A stretch of DNA of 63,715 nt, counting the filler, from Craspedostauros australis (taxonomy: Eukaryota): NCBI GenBank assembly GCA_030167865.1. It is 8 parts of 8 records of this genome, joined end to end, with 100 filler letters (N's around TTAATTAATTAA, not from the genome) between each part and the next. Parts side by side here need not be neighbours in the genome. Positions count along the whole stretch, not along the records: positions 1 to 29,121 come from JALAGF010005191.1; 7 more parts are not named here. One strand, 5' to 3'. Both the position numbers and the translations under genes were made by a program. The notes under the pieces were generated by a model that worked only from the letters and a program-made list of their open reading frames with translations, ran no database searches and was not told the origin of the DNA. This document shows positions 1-12,558 of the stretch, in pieces; positions within the stretch are counted from its first letter, which is position 1; every line of letters begins with the position of its first letter.

Positions 1-797
1 CAGTGCGGTACATCATTCTGTTCTCGCAGAGCCACTCCGCAGTTTTGCGGCGCACCAGAACCGATTCTTCTGGGGAATGTGTGTCAACAGGCACAAAGCA
101 GTCCAGAATTCGCGAGCGCAGTGTCTGAATTGGTTCTGTTCCACACAGGTTTCTAACAAAAAAACATATACTACGTCTGTATGTCCACCGAAATCAGAGG
201 TAGAACAGAGCGATTCTTTGGGTGCGACATGGAACAAAACCAGGAAAANNNNNNNNNNNNNNNNNNNNNNNNNNNNNNNNNNNNNNNNNNNNNNNNNNTC
301 GCACTCCAAGTCTGCCTGCGCCGCTGACCACCAAGCGCACCTTGTGGATGCAACACCATCGTTGACGGTTGGAATTGACGGTTGGAATTGACGGTGGAAT
401 GTTGATTCTGCGGAAGTCAGCCGATCCATCACAAGATCGAACNNNNNNNNNNNNNNNNNNNNNNNNNNNNNNNNNNNNNNNNNNNNNNNNNNNNNNNNNN
501 NNNNNNNNNNNNNNATATGATATACTGCTGTACTCCCCTTCTTGTGTTCAGTGCGGTACATCATTCTGTTCTCGCAGAGCCACTCCGCAGTTTTGCGGCG
601 CACCAGAACCGATTCTTCTGGGGAATGTGTGTTGGCACACACAAAGCACTCCGGAATGCGCGAGCGCAGTGTCTGAATTGGTTCTGTTCCACACAGGTTT
701 CTACCAAAAAACCATATACTACGTCTGTATGTCCACCGAAATCAGAGGTAGAACAGAGCGATTCTTTGGGTGCGACATGGAAAAGAACCAGGAAAAG
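1..797. repeat. ~250-bp direct repeat (1-248 and 549-797), with a 13-bp tandem (TTGACGGTTGGAA x~3, 362-400) between the copies
   Basis: CAGTGCGGTACATCATTCTGTTCTCGCAGAGCC... starts at 1 and at 549; the copies differ by several substitutions and small indels and are separated by N gaps. Confidence 0.85.
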
Positions 798-2245
798 GAA
801 TGAAACGTGATCAAGAAAAGAGCAAAATGAGCTCACAAACTTCCACAACAACAACGGACATCAAATCCTCCAGGAGAGGCGCAACGAACGGAAACTCACC
901 AACTCGAGAAGAGCACAGCAGCGTACATCAGGAATGTGCCGTAGTCGCCAGCTGACTTTATTTCGCAGAACNNGANCCTTATCCNCCTGCACCTATCTTG
1001 TCACAGAGTCTCGTGACCCTTGTATGAAATGAGAGACCACACGTGGAACGCGCGAGATCATGGTGCGACGAACCCGGCAGTGATCTCAGTTCCCGCGCTC
1101 ACGAAGTACTAGCAGCATTGGCAAAAGCAAAAGCAACATCCCACTATACCTGGTGGAATATGCTGATAGCTCTGCACCTCCATCCCACCCTAATGTCGTA
1201 TGGTACAGCGCAGTGCGCNNNNNNNNNNNNNNNNNNNNNNNNNNNNNNNNNNNNNNNNNNNNNNNNNNGCAAAAGTAACATCCCACTATACCTGGTGGAA
1301 TATGCTGATAGCTCTGCACCTTCATCCCATCCTAATGTCGTACGTACAGCGCGGTGCACGTACGTACCATCGCATCCTGATGCAGTTTTTCTCCTCCACA
1401 CCTGTTCCGCGTCCGCCGCGAGAAACTGCGTGCAATCAATTGGGGCCAAAAACAGCCGAAATGTATGCCCGTTCGCACGACTGTAGACACGTCTGAGTTC
1501 AGCTTCGAGCGCCTTGCTGTGAGTCCGTCTGAGAGAGGAAAAAAGAACATTTTCGCCGCTCGCCGACGTCCAACTTGNNNNNNNNNNNNNNNNNNNNNNN
1601 NNNNNNNNNNNNNNNNNNNNNNNNNNNNNNNNNNNNNNNNNNNNNNNNNNNNNNNNNNNNNNNNNNNNNNNNNNNNNNNNNNNNNNNNNNNNNNNNNNNN
1701 NNNNNNNNNNNNNNNNNNNNNNNNNNNAGAGGAACATCATATTAAATTTATAGGGAAATCTGAGAGGACTTCCCGAGAAAGGTGTACTATTTTCGCTCAG
1801 GCGGGTCATAAACCGCAAACACGCTCGGTCGTCACGTGTTGTCACTGCTCTGTTGGCCCATCCTCTTCGTATTGACGAGCAACCATTGCAATCACTCCGT
1901 GCTGCGCTTGCATCACACCAAACTCCGAGCAGCTCGTACGAACATCACCACCGAGAGCACACTGCCGGAGTGCTGCTGCCACTGATACCAGAGGAATACT
2001 CTGGTCGGTCCGTCCACGGATAGAGAGACCATCGAATCCAAACACACAGCCGACTCCCTCGTCGAAGAGACAGCACATGAAGTAATACTGCTTGTACTCG
2101 GAGAAAGCATCCTACTCTACCATTTTCTATACACGAGTGAAGGACATTGTACACCACCAAGCAGGTCGAGGCAGTCAGAGAGCATAACATTGCAGCAAGC
2201 ACAGTAGCAAGCACAGTAGCAAGAACAGCAGAAAGCACAGCAGAG

Positions 2246-3566
2246 ATGTCGATCACGTACGAGGAGGCGCTGGCCACGCTGGAGGCCATGTTCGGCGATC
2301 CATGGACGAAGGAAACACTCGACGCGGTTCTACGGCACGAGAAAGGTCACATGGAGAACACATGCGAGCGCATCCTCAACCACGGTAGCAGGAATCCCAA
2401 GATCCTGATCGACCAACTCAAGAGCGGCGCCGAAAACCCTCAGGTATCCATCGATGCCGAACTCGCTCGACAGCTCAATCAACGGGAAAACAAGGGGCGT
2501 TCGCAAGGTTCCAAGGCCCTGGAAGGCAAGCCGAGAAAGGGAAAGCCGACAACGCTGCCCCCTGGCTTTCTTCGCGTGCCGGGCTACAAGTATGCCGCGG
2601 ACACAACCGCATCTAATGCTGCTGCTGCCGCAGGAAAAATCGACGATGAAACCCTCGCGCGGATGCTGCAGGACGAACTATTCTCTGAGGAGCTTGCCAG
2701 GAATCCTGATTTCGCTCATCTGGCGAGAGGGAGGAACGCATCAGCGAGGTCTTCCAGCCGTGCAGGACGTGGCGCAGCTGGGTCAAGAACGTCCTTCCCC
2801 GCCGCCAGAAGGTCGGCGACTTCCAATGCCACGGTTACATCAAATGCTGAAGAGAGGCCGAAGATTTTCGGAAAAATATCAGGTGAGTACTTGTACTTGT
2901 GCTCGCATTCATACTCGTACTCGTATCCTTACAGCTGGGTGCTGCAAGTGCAACCGCAACGGCAAGTGCAACCTCAACGGCAAATGCAATATCACTAGCA
3001 CCAGCACCAGCGAAATCAAGGCAGAAATGGCACACCCCAGAACGTACCGTGTCACATGGCAATGCTGGCAGGGACCGTGTGCTAGCCAGCTCGAGGAGCC
3101 AGATATCATACCATACGAACACGCATGCACGTTTGAATGAGTGGATGGATGAATGAATGAGTGACAAGCTCCTCCTTGCCAGGTTTATGGATTGCTTCGG
3201 CGCATTGTCTCTTCATCATAGGAATCGCGGGGACTTGTTAGATCGCATGCTCTTACGGTACACATCCCCATTTCCGCCAACTCCATTCCTACTGGTACGT
3301 CATCCCTGTGACCGCCACATTTGCCTATACCCACAACCTCGTTCCCTCTCTGCCCGATTTCCCCGCGACGCGCAGAGCTTGGCGACAATGCGCGAAAACG
3401 GCTGGCCCTATTTGCCTCTCAGTTCGAGCAGAGACTGAATGCACGCAACGTGCCAGCTGGTGCCAATGCAACTCGCAGCCCTGGGGATGCTGTTGCCGAG
3501 CGTCGAGGTCTGCTGGATGATGAGTTCGAAGACACGATCGAGTTTGAGACGAGAAAGAATCAGTAG
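2246..3566 (+). CDS. CUE-domain ubiquitin-binding protein, 2 exons (2246-2882, 3376-3566)
   Basis: N-terminal YEEALATLEAMFGDPWTKETLDAVLRHEKGHMENTCERIL matches the CUE pattern (L..MF ... L.....G..E.....L). Donor TCAG|GTGAGT at 2883 and acceptor CGCAG|AG at 3375 join in frame (KIS-E-LGDNARKR). Two D..LAR.L helices follow the CUE domain. Confidence 0.8.
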
Positions 3567-4985
3567 TATCGTTGCGTACGAGTGCAATTCCATGGTACAC
3601 CTACGCGCATTGTAGCATTAGGTCCGGCAGAATCAAACGTTTCAAAATCGACATCCATTGTGACCGCCCAGCGGATTCCTCGCAGCGACGTTACTGGGGC
3701 ACGTTGGTTTTGAGCGGCAATCTCAACAGTAGTTTGTGCTCGACCATCCGTACGTATCTGCTCATGCCAATACTTCGCTTCGGCTCGGCTGCGTTTGCAA
3801 GTACTCGACAGGCCACGCAGCATTAATAGTGCTGATCTTTCGACATCGGAGAGTGCTCGTAGAGGAGAACATTATATTACACGTGCATGATAAGACTCTG
3901 CTCTCCACGAGCATGCATGCTCTTACGGCTACTCGTGCTCGTCCCATGTGCGAGCATGAGCGCTCTTGTGCCAGTCTCTCAACCAATGCGCGTACTCCAC
4001 TTGATTCGTACTCGTAGACTCGTCGACATTTCAAGCAGTCTTTCTGTTCCCCGAATTGGCTCGATTCGGAGGATCGACTCATGCGACTTCATAACAGAAC
4101 CTCAGAACACAATGACTGGATCGAGTCCCGAAATGACCTTTGTTGCCTTCGGCGCAGGCACTTGTGCCGGTTGGGCCGTTCGGGAGTGAATTGGGAGCGA
4201 CACCCTTCCCCAGTGTTTGTCTCGCGGGTTTTTTGTCACCAACAAACAGAAACAACGCGTATTTGCGCGAGATGTTGTGCCTTTGTCGTGCGCGGCGTGG
4301 GTGTTGGTCCTTTTTTGGTTTTCGGTGATCTTGCGCAGCACCGCGTAACACTGCGCGAAACACTCCGATCCTCTTCTTGTGGACGGGCGCAGGGAGGAAA
4401 TGATCACCTTTCGTGAACAACAAGGGCCGCTTCCTTCGCTTGACCCTCCCAGAGCTCCGAGGTGGGCCACCCGACATCGACCAAAACCTACAGCACCGTG
4501 CTACTCACCCATCCCAGGACGAGCACGAACGGACTTGTTTACGACCAACACCATAGTCGTACTATACGAGCAGGACCAGCACACCTGACGGATATTCGGA
4601 TCATCCTGAGCGATTTCCTTCGCGTCGATCCCACCGAAGGCGGACAATCCAAAAAAGGAAGACGCACATCGCTTTCCCGAGAGCGTTCTTCCAAACAACG
4701 AGCAGGTCAGACGTTCAGCCCGGCATCGTCCCAACGCAACACAACACATTCCATCGCAACGCATTAGGGTGTAATAGATCGCATTGCATCTCATTGCACC
4801 GCGCTGCGTTCCGCTGCACTGAACAGCGTCGCAAAGTGACAATCTTCGCAGCAAGCCCCTGTTTCTACCAGCATTGGAGTGGCGCACTCTACACACACGC
4901 ACGCGCGCATACACAAAGCAGCAGCAGCAGCAGAAGCGTCTTTGATCTCTTCGTCATCTGACGGCAACAGATACCCACGTCCACG

Positions 4986-7900
4986 ATGATGGAAGCTGCG
5001 AGACTCGCGGCCGAGGCGGCCGTGCAAGAGGCAGCCTCGATGGAGTCGAGTCATTTGGAAAGCGGAAACGACTTCGAGGATTCCAACTCCGCCATGAGGA
5101 TTGACGAGGATGAACACATGGCGCTGTTCAACGCGCTGCTCACGGCCGGTGGTTTCCAAGATCCGAACAGCTTGCTCTACGAGATGAGCAAGTTAGGGAT
5201 CGACCCTAACGACACCGAGAGTCTCCGACGGCTGCTGCAGGCTGTCACAGAGCAAGAACAGGAGAGAATTCGGCCGGAGGAGCACCACCTTACAATTGCA
5301 CAGAATGGTAGGTCACCTGGCGTGATGTTGTTTTGCTGCAGATACTCCTTTTGTTGCTTCTTCTGTTGTATCAATAACGACAATCGTTGCGCCAGTCGCG
5401 ACGCATCGCATTGCGAGACGGATGCGAGGGCATCGCCACAATACTCGTACGAAGCACGAGATTCACTGCCATGTCGAGGATGAAGATGCTCTGGACGACA
5501 CAAGCAGTAGTGCTGGGCTTGGTCTTGACCTTCCTCTTGCCCAACCTCAGAACCGAAACTGTCGAATCGGTGTGGGGGTGGCAAGCCAATTTGCTCCGAT
5601 GTCTTGCGCACTACGGGTACTAATATGCTCACACATTCATTCTGCTATCCTCCACCCTCCCGCTTTTCTTTGGTCCGCTCTGGTGTCCACAAAAAAATAC
5701 GTTTCCATGTATATACTGCATATACCATCCTCAACGTATTAAACAATGCACACGCGCGCATCAACAAACAGGAATGATCCTGGAAGCGACAAAGACAGTG
5801 ACGGGCTTCCCTCCCGATGCTCTGTTGATGACCTCCGCGTAAGTATGGACATGTACCAACCGGGCAAACCTTCAGCCGCGTCATGCTATCTTGCTCTGCC
5901 CCGTCCTACCCTGCTTTGCTTTGCGATGCTTCTTGTTTTTGTTTTTGGACCGACGATGAAACTGTCTGGTGCTATGTTGTTCTGGTGACGTGGCCAACGA
6001 TGATCCATCCATATCCCCGGTGTGCCATGTTCTTGTCACTTCGAGCAGAGTATATGCACGATCTTCTTCGTCGTGTTTGGGAACGTACCATCGCTCTGGC
6101 CCCCTGAAATAGTCGTGGATGCGAGTCCAACCACTATCACCGCCTTAACACTGACCCACAATACATCCTGCGCTTCTCGCTTCAACTTGACGATCATGGG
6201 CCACGAATGCAACGTCGATCATCGCTCAGCTATGATGCGGTGTACGAGGAGGATCTGCCTGGGCTGCTTGCTGTCAAAACACACTTCTGGGACAAGAGGA
6301 TCGCCGACGCGGAGGTATACTTGCGCCGACGAACGGTCGAGGGGGATTGGGTGTGGCTTAAGACGAGAGCCGTGTCGTACATGAACAAACCGATGCCTGG
6401 GATCATCCTTTTGGAACGATGCGTTGAAGATGAGAGCGTTGCCTATCATGTCAACCGCATAACAAGAATAACCTCCATATTGGTGCAGGCTGTGGAGGCT
6501 GCGCAAGTGGCGTCCATCCCTTCGACGAAGGCTCCGGTTTCTGCTGAGACAGGAGGTGCGAACCTCCAAAACGAGACCCAAGCAGCCACGCTCGGTGACA
6601 ACGCTGCTGCGTATCAGGCCATGTTGCAAAACTCCGCGGACTACGACGACGGGCAGATCATCAACAACGCGGTGCACCAGATAATGAGGGACGCCGAGAA
6701 TCCGTCGAACTCGGTCTCAAGGCTTGAGAGGGAGATCATGGAACGGATTGGCGGTCGGAAGAAGGAAGTGTTCGATCCTTTCTCAGTCATCGAAGAGGTT
6801 CGGGAGGGCGTGCGGCTTGACCTGGGCATGACCCGACTGTCTGCAACAGAGGCCAAAATGATATCGTTCGTCTTGTCAGGCCAAATCCGAGCCGAGGAGC
6901 TGGCGCACTTGGTGTACCACGCACTAAGATCGGAGCAGAGCCTTGGCCAGGTCCTTGACTCCTTCGTGTCGCTAGAGGGCAGAAATCAACCCGACCAGAC
7001 CAACACGGACGTGGGCCAAACCAGCCACGTTAACCAACACACACCGCTGCCTTCCCCCGTGTCCATGCCGATCCCGCCCATTTCAGTCGTCAACTTGTCC
7101 TACACCTACCTTGGCAACGAGGGGATCGAGCTGTTCGGAAGGGTGCTATGCATGCACAGCTCACCTCTCAGGACGATCGACTTGAGCTTTTGCGGCCTGG
7201 AGGAAGCCGGTTGCCTGTCTCTATCACGGTACCTGTCAGAGCGCAAATGGCGACTTATCGCGCCTCTTCGTGGGATAATACTGTCGGGCAACCACATCAC
7301 ACTCACAGCAGGGTCGGCCCTGGGACAAGCCCTTTCCCCCGAGCGGCATTGCGGAAATTCGGACAGCCACGTTCGTCTTCAGGCCAACCCTGACGACCTG
7401 GCCAATCTACTCGAGGCGACACCGAAAGCGATCTCCGCCCGCGATCCGGCAGAGCAGAAGTATTACAGCAAAGTCAGCGGTCTGATAGTCCTGCACCTGT
7501 CATCTGCGCTTGTCGACGTGAGCACAATCGAACCACTTTTGAATGGCATCGGTCCCGACAGTCCACTCCGTGAGCTCAGCCTGGCGTCCAATCACCTCGG
7601 TCCCAAGGGCGCAGCCATGTTCGTGAAGTTTCTGGAGAGCGCTGCACCGTCTCGCAAGAAGCGCGTGATGCCGTACCTGGACAGAGTGGACCTGTCGAAC
7701 AATAACCTTGGCAACGAGGGTCTCACAAAGCTGACAACATCCATATCGAAGCGCAGCTCGATCCATCTCGTCGAGCTTCGTCTATCCAACAACATGATCG
7801 GTGCCGGTGGCATCGAGACGATGATGAAGCAGCTCCTTCAGCACAACCTCGTGAGCCTATCCATTGACAAGAATTCAATCGGAGATCAAGGCTGCCAACT

Positions 7901-9680
7901 TGTGGCCGCATCCTTGCAAAGCATGAAGGCGTTGTCGCGCCTCAACCTCGGCTTCAATCAGATCGGCAGCCGAGGCGTGAACAGTTTAATGAGGAGTCTT
8001 GTGGCGTGCGAGTCCATCACCTTCCTGGGCCTATCGGGGAACAGCATGAAAATATCAGGTGCTGTGGCTCTCGCATTCACCCTCGCTCAGCATCCACGCC
8101 TTGAGGAGCTGTCCTTGGACAACTGCTGCCTCAGCCAGGCTGCGCAATGTCACATAGTGGCAGGCATCATTTCCAACCGCTGGGTTCCGATGAAGAAACT
8201 AAACGGCTTCGAGGTGGGGCCACCCATGGTCGCACTGGGAGCTCTCAAGGTGGTCGCCCAGAACCTGAGCAACGACGAGTGCTTCCGGCAGCGAAAGGAC
8301 GAACAAATGCGGACGATCCTGCAGTGGATGGAATCGAACCGAGCAGCGAAGCTGGCCGGCTACGAGATCGATGACCGCGGCATGCCATCGCAGGATGCTT
8401 ACCGCCGGTTGCTGGGGTGGTTGCGACAGATCCCATTCGACGAAGATGAGCTGGTTTCTTTGCGCAAGTATTTCTACGACTCGGACGGCGGTTCTGAAGA
8501 TCGCGGCAGCGACGGATACATCAACCTGAAGCTACGTGGCGACCTGCTCGCTGCGCTCGAGAGTGAGGTCGCCGACAAGATCCGTGACGAAACGGACATG
8601 TTCGACGAGTACGTCGGATCGATCGGCATGGATCTTGATGGACTGGCTACCCCCAATCCAGAATCGGCATGGGCCTTGTTTCAGCGGTGGTTGAGCGGCA
8701 ACCCTGTCGCTCCTGCCGCGTCTCCAACATTCTTCGGTTCCTCGACTACCGACACCATGTCCAATTCAGAGGCCTGGGGCATGGGCGGGACGCGAACAGG
8801 AACAGGAGCAGGAACAGCTTCCTCCCCTCTTGCTTCTGGTCCCAGCCGATCGGCGCAACCGAGTCAGACGCAAGCACAGGTCAGGAAGGACGCGGGCAGC
8901 ATCTCCGACAGGAACCAATCCAGGGGATCGATGTCCACGACCTCACGCGACAGCGCGCGCAGCCTGCAGCACAGCGGGTCAGAACCGAGCACGACTTCGC
9001 AAGGCGAACGCCGCAGAGCGACCGTTCTGAAGCCCAGGATATCCATGTTTCCCAAGTTCGAGGAGATCCTCGAGGAGTACAAGGCGCGGGCCCACATTTC
9101 CTTCGAACAGGAGGAGGATTCCGAGAGGCAGGAATTCATCCTCACGGAGTACGCGGAGAATTCACTGACCATATTGCGGCAGCTGAGGTACCACTGCATG
9201 AACAGCGGACTGGACGGTTGGCGACAGGGCGGTCTGAAGAAGCGGAAGGTGCTGATCGTCGATGACAGTCTGTCGTCGCGGAAGCTCGTCTCTCGGGCGT
9301 TTGAAAGAGCCAACTTCATTGTGGACACGGCAGCGAATGGTGCCGAGGGGGTTGAGAAGCTCAAGCAATCCATCTACGACATCGCCTTCATGGACATCGA
9401 CATGCCCGTCATGAATGGCTTCGAAGCTACGAAGCAGCTGCGGGAGTGGGAGGACGCGGTCCGTCCAGGTGCAAGGCAACCGATCTGCGCCTTGACGGCA
9501 GCATACGTGGATGACTTTGAACGCAGCGAACTAATGAAATTCAAGGAGGCAGGGTTGGATGTGATGGAAAGCAAGCCGTACAACATACCACGGCTGTTCA
9601 AGGTCGTTGATGACGTGTCACCCATGTTCAGCGACCTCAGCATCAGCGTCACGCAACAGGAACGCGGGGGTTCCATATGA
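4986..9680 (+). CDS. PAS + RNI-like leucine-rich repeat + C-terminal response-regulator receiver protein, 3 exons (4986-5307, 5772-5838, 6230-9680)
   Basis: Splice sites AATG|GTAGGT (5308), AACAG|GA (5771), CCGC|GTAAGT (5839) and CTCAG|C (6229) reconstruct HHLTIAQNGMILEATKTVTGFPPDALLMTSAYDAVYEEDL...RRRTVEGDWVWLKTRA (PAS-like). Repeated L..L.L..N.LG..G LRRs follow. Receiver motifs KVLIVDD, IAFMDIDMPVMNG, ICALTA and SKP are present. Confidence 0.85.
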
Positions 9681-10254
9681 CGACGGCCTAACGAGTAGAA
9701 AGTAGCACGAGAGCACGGTGCGGGTACTCAATGTAATTAGTGTCTACCATACTAGTACGAGTGGCAGTCAAGCATGTGTACGTAACGACGCTTGTACTCG
9801 CTCGTATGGTGCCATGCAGACACAAACGCGGACATTGGCGCCGATGCAAGTATGGTATGGTCATTGTTATTAGTTTGGTTTGGTGTGGCGAGTGCTCGCA
9901 GGGCAAACAGCTGCAATAGCTGCGGCTGGCTTTGTCCTTACATACGCTATGTACCGCACAGAGCGCCATACAGTCAACAACTCTGCCATGTGAAGAGAAG
10001 CAGAGCACACCGAAACCTCCAGATGGATGGCTGGGGGGCGGTAATGGGCGTTGCGATTAACTTGTACGATTTTAGTTCCAGTGCCCTTAGATAAGATGGC
10101 GAAAAAAGACGACCGCTTTTGAAGTTGAAGAGAATTGCGCGTATGGCCCCTGCCGCCGCAACTGCTAGTTTTTACTCTAGTGTCGTTGTGGGTTTCGACA
10201 TCCTTCTGTCTCTGTTATGACGTGACGAGTCAAGAGTCATGCGTCGCCGTGCGT

Positions 10255-12558
10255 TTAGAAATCCTTGAAGAGTGTCTGTTGCTGCGACGTCAGATGCGGC
10301 TTGTTTGAAGGCGGCTCATTCTCGACATGCCTGTATGAGTCGAAGTGAGATGCGTCCAACGGATCTTTGATGCGCGGAACCCAAGGTGCTGGGATTTGCT
10401 TCAAGAGCAGCTTGTCGACGTCGATGACGTTGAACCAGTAGTGGTCACGGATGTCCATGTCTCCCCTGGCGAGGCATCCGAGTCGGTTGGCCTGTCTCCT
10501 GACGATGAGCCGTTGGATGAGGTCGGTGGCTGGTTCGGTCACCATGCCGTTGGGAGGGAAGGAGTACTTCACCTGCACGATGCGCTTGAAGAGGCTCACT
10601 TGGTCCGTCCCGTAGGAGTAGAAGGGCGAACGACCGACGAGCATTTCGTAGATTAGGACGCCGAACGCCCAGTAGTCCACTCCCTTGTCATGACCCTTGG
10701 ACAGGATGATCTCGGGCGCGAGGTACTCGGGGGTCCCGCACAAGGTGTAGGTTTTGTCCACGACAACCTTGGCGAATCCGAGGTCGACCAGCACGCAGTA
10801 GCCCTTGCCATCGATGAGGATGTTTTCTGGCTTGAGGTCACGATAGCAGATACTTCTGTGGTGCAAATGGCTCAGCGATTCCAGGATGCAAGCGGCGTAG
10901 AATCTGGAGTTTCCGTTTGGAATTCCGTCTCTCGTCTCCGTGTGGATGACAGAGAACAGCTCTCCTCCTTGCACCAGCTCGATCAGCATGTAAAGGTGAC
11001 GGTCGTCCTGGAAAGTGGCGACGAGGTTGACGACGAAGGGGTGGTCGATGGAGGCCATGATGTTCTTCTCTCGGATGACTCCCTCCACCTGGTGGTGACC
11101 GATGATCTCGCGCTTGCTCAGCTGCTTGAGCGCGTACGGTGTTCCCGTTCGCTTGTGGCTGACGAGCCACACTTTTCCGAATGTTCCCACTCCGAGGATG
11201 CGGAATTTGACGAGATCCTTGTAGCGAATGGACTTGTTGAGGGTGTGGCCCATGAGCTGCAGCGGTTGTCCCAACCTGCGGATGTCACCGATGACGCTCT
11301 CAATATCCCTGCGTGAGAGGACACCGCACTCGGTATCAGCCTGAACAGTGATGGTTTGCTTGCTTGGCGATCCGGGGTCGGTCTTGAGCCAGTTCTCACC
11401 AAAGTAGTCTGCGTCCATGAGGGTGTTGATGACGCCGTTGGAGTTGGCGATGACGACGCGACCCTCGCGGATGATGTAGAGGTTCTGCTCGTGAGGCTTG
11501 CCCTCCTCGGCGAGAACCGTTCCGGCTGGGAAGGAGCGCTCCACCATGAGGTCCGTGAGACGGGACATCTCGTAGGGCTGAAATTGGGAGTTGGCGAAGA
11601 TGGGGACTCCTTCCAACGTTCTCTTCTTCATCGCATGGTCGATCAAACCTTGCAATGGCCCGAGCACCTTCTCGAAGGTTTCGCGAGTCAAGCACAACGT
11701 GGTGCAGTTGGTCAGAGCTGTGACGTGCGCAGATCGCGCGTCGCCGGTCAGCAGCGCTCTCTCGCCGAACCAGTCGCCCGGACCGAGCTCCTGGTCGATG
11801 TAGCGACTGTCGCCGAACCCGATGTCGTGCACCTTGACCTTTCCTTCTCGGAGGATGTAAAACACCTCACCCACATCTCCCTTGTTGATGATGCGCTCGC
11901 CTTCGGGGAAGGTGACGGACTGGAGCGCGTCCGAGACTCGCAAGAGTGTGGATTCGTCCAGGTTGGAGAGGAATTGGACCTTGCGGAGGACGTCGTGGAC
12001 ATCCTTCTGCTGGCTGGCCGTGTTGTTGGCGAGCATGTAACGGAAGGTGCGCTGATCGACCTTCCACAGACGGCAGGTCGTGTTGGCGAGGCACGTCGCG
12101 GCACGGGGACAGTTGTACAGCAACGCGAGTTCACCGAATGAACCTCCGCGGCCGCACGCACCGACGTGGTTGCCGTCGACAGCAAAGCTGACATGGCCTT
12201 CATCCACGACGTAGAAAAAGTCTCCGACTTCTCCCTGCTTGATAATGACAGTCCCCGCGGGGACCGTCTCCATCACCATCGCATCGATGAGCAGACGGCG
12301 CTCTTTGCCAGACAGACTGGCGAAAATGAAGTTGTCAGCAAGACTGGAGTCGATGAATTGGATGGCAGTATCACTTTTTGGATACCTCGGGGTCTCGTAG
12401 TCCTCTGTGAGGTCGATTTTCTGCGCGAAGATGTTCTGGCCACGCTGCTGTCTGACCCTGGCGTGGACGTTGATGTTCTTTTCGCGTTCGACGGCCTGGG
12501 TGCTGCCCTCCATCTGCATGTCCTGGGTTCCGTTGGTGTGATTGCTGGCATCTCGTTG
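10255..12558 (-). CDS. Cyclic-nucleotide-dependent protein kinase (PKG-like: three cNMP-binding domains + AGC kinase), main exon
   Basis: cNMP cassettes FGELALLYNCPRAAT, FGERALLTGDARSAH and degenerate FGENWL. Kinase motifs LGVGTFGKV, YALK, YRDLKPEN, DLGFAK, TLCGTPEYLAPE and AGC tail APWVP...DASHFD. A pyrimidine tract + CTGAC + CAG acceptor lies immediately upstream of 12558, preceded by an in-frame TGA. Confidence 0.93.
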   Translation of the reverse strand, partial: QRDASNHTNGTQDMQMEGSTQAVEREKNINVHARVRQQRGQNIFAQKIDLTEDYETPRYPKSDTAIQFIDSSLADNFIFASLSGKERRLLIDAMVMETVPAGTVIIKQGEVGDFFYVVDEGHVSFAVDGNHVGACGRGGSFGELALLYNCPRAATCLANTTCRLWKVDQRTFRYMLANNTASQQKDVHDVLRKVQFLSNLDESTLLRVSDALQSVTFPEGERIINKGDVGEVFYILREGKVKVHDIGFGDSRYIDQELGPGDWFGERALLTGDARSAHVTALTNCTTLCLTRETFEKVLGPLQGLIDHAMKKRTLEGVPIFANSQFQPYEMSRLTDLMVERSFPAGTVLAEEGKPHEQNLYIIREGRVVIANSNGVINTLMDADYFGENWLKTDPGSPSKQTITVQADTECGVLSRRDIESVIGDIRRLGQPLQLMGHTLNKSIRYKDLVKFRILGVGTFGKVWLVSHKRTGTPYALKQLSKREIIGHHQVEGVIREKNIMASIDHPFVVNLVATFQDDRHLYMLIELVQGGELFSVIHTETRDGIPNGNSRFYAACILESLSHLHHRSICYRDLKPENILIDGKGYCVLVDLGFAKVVVDKTYTLCGTPEYLAPEIILSKGHDKGVDYWAFGVLIYEMLVGRSPFYSYGTDQVSLFKRIVQVKYSFPPNGMVTEPATDLIQRLIVRRQANRLGCLARGDMDIRDHYWFNVIDVDKLLLKQIPAPWVPRIKDPLDASHFDSYRHVENEPPSNKPHLTSQQQTLFKDF

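Noticed and set aside
402..425. Peptide LILRKSAD also encoded at 26479-26502 (minus) with synonymous-only differences
   Set aside because: Similarity does not extend on either side; a single 8-aa match of common residues among all six-frame translations of 64 kb is plausibly chance
1127..1345. Tandem duplication of ~80-90 bp across an N gap
   Set aside because: Near-identical sequence on both sides of a gap suggests unmerged contig ends or haplotypes; the same applies to 35380-35701 vs 35752-36071, the gap at ~42424-42473, and 44810-44859
3887..4770. Short ORFs upstream of the PAS-LRR-REC gene as uORFs or a small gene
   Set aside because: No recognisable motif or splice support; cannot be distinguished from promoter/UTR sequence
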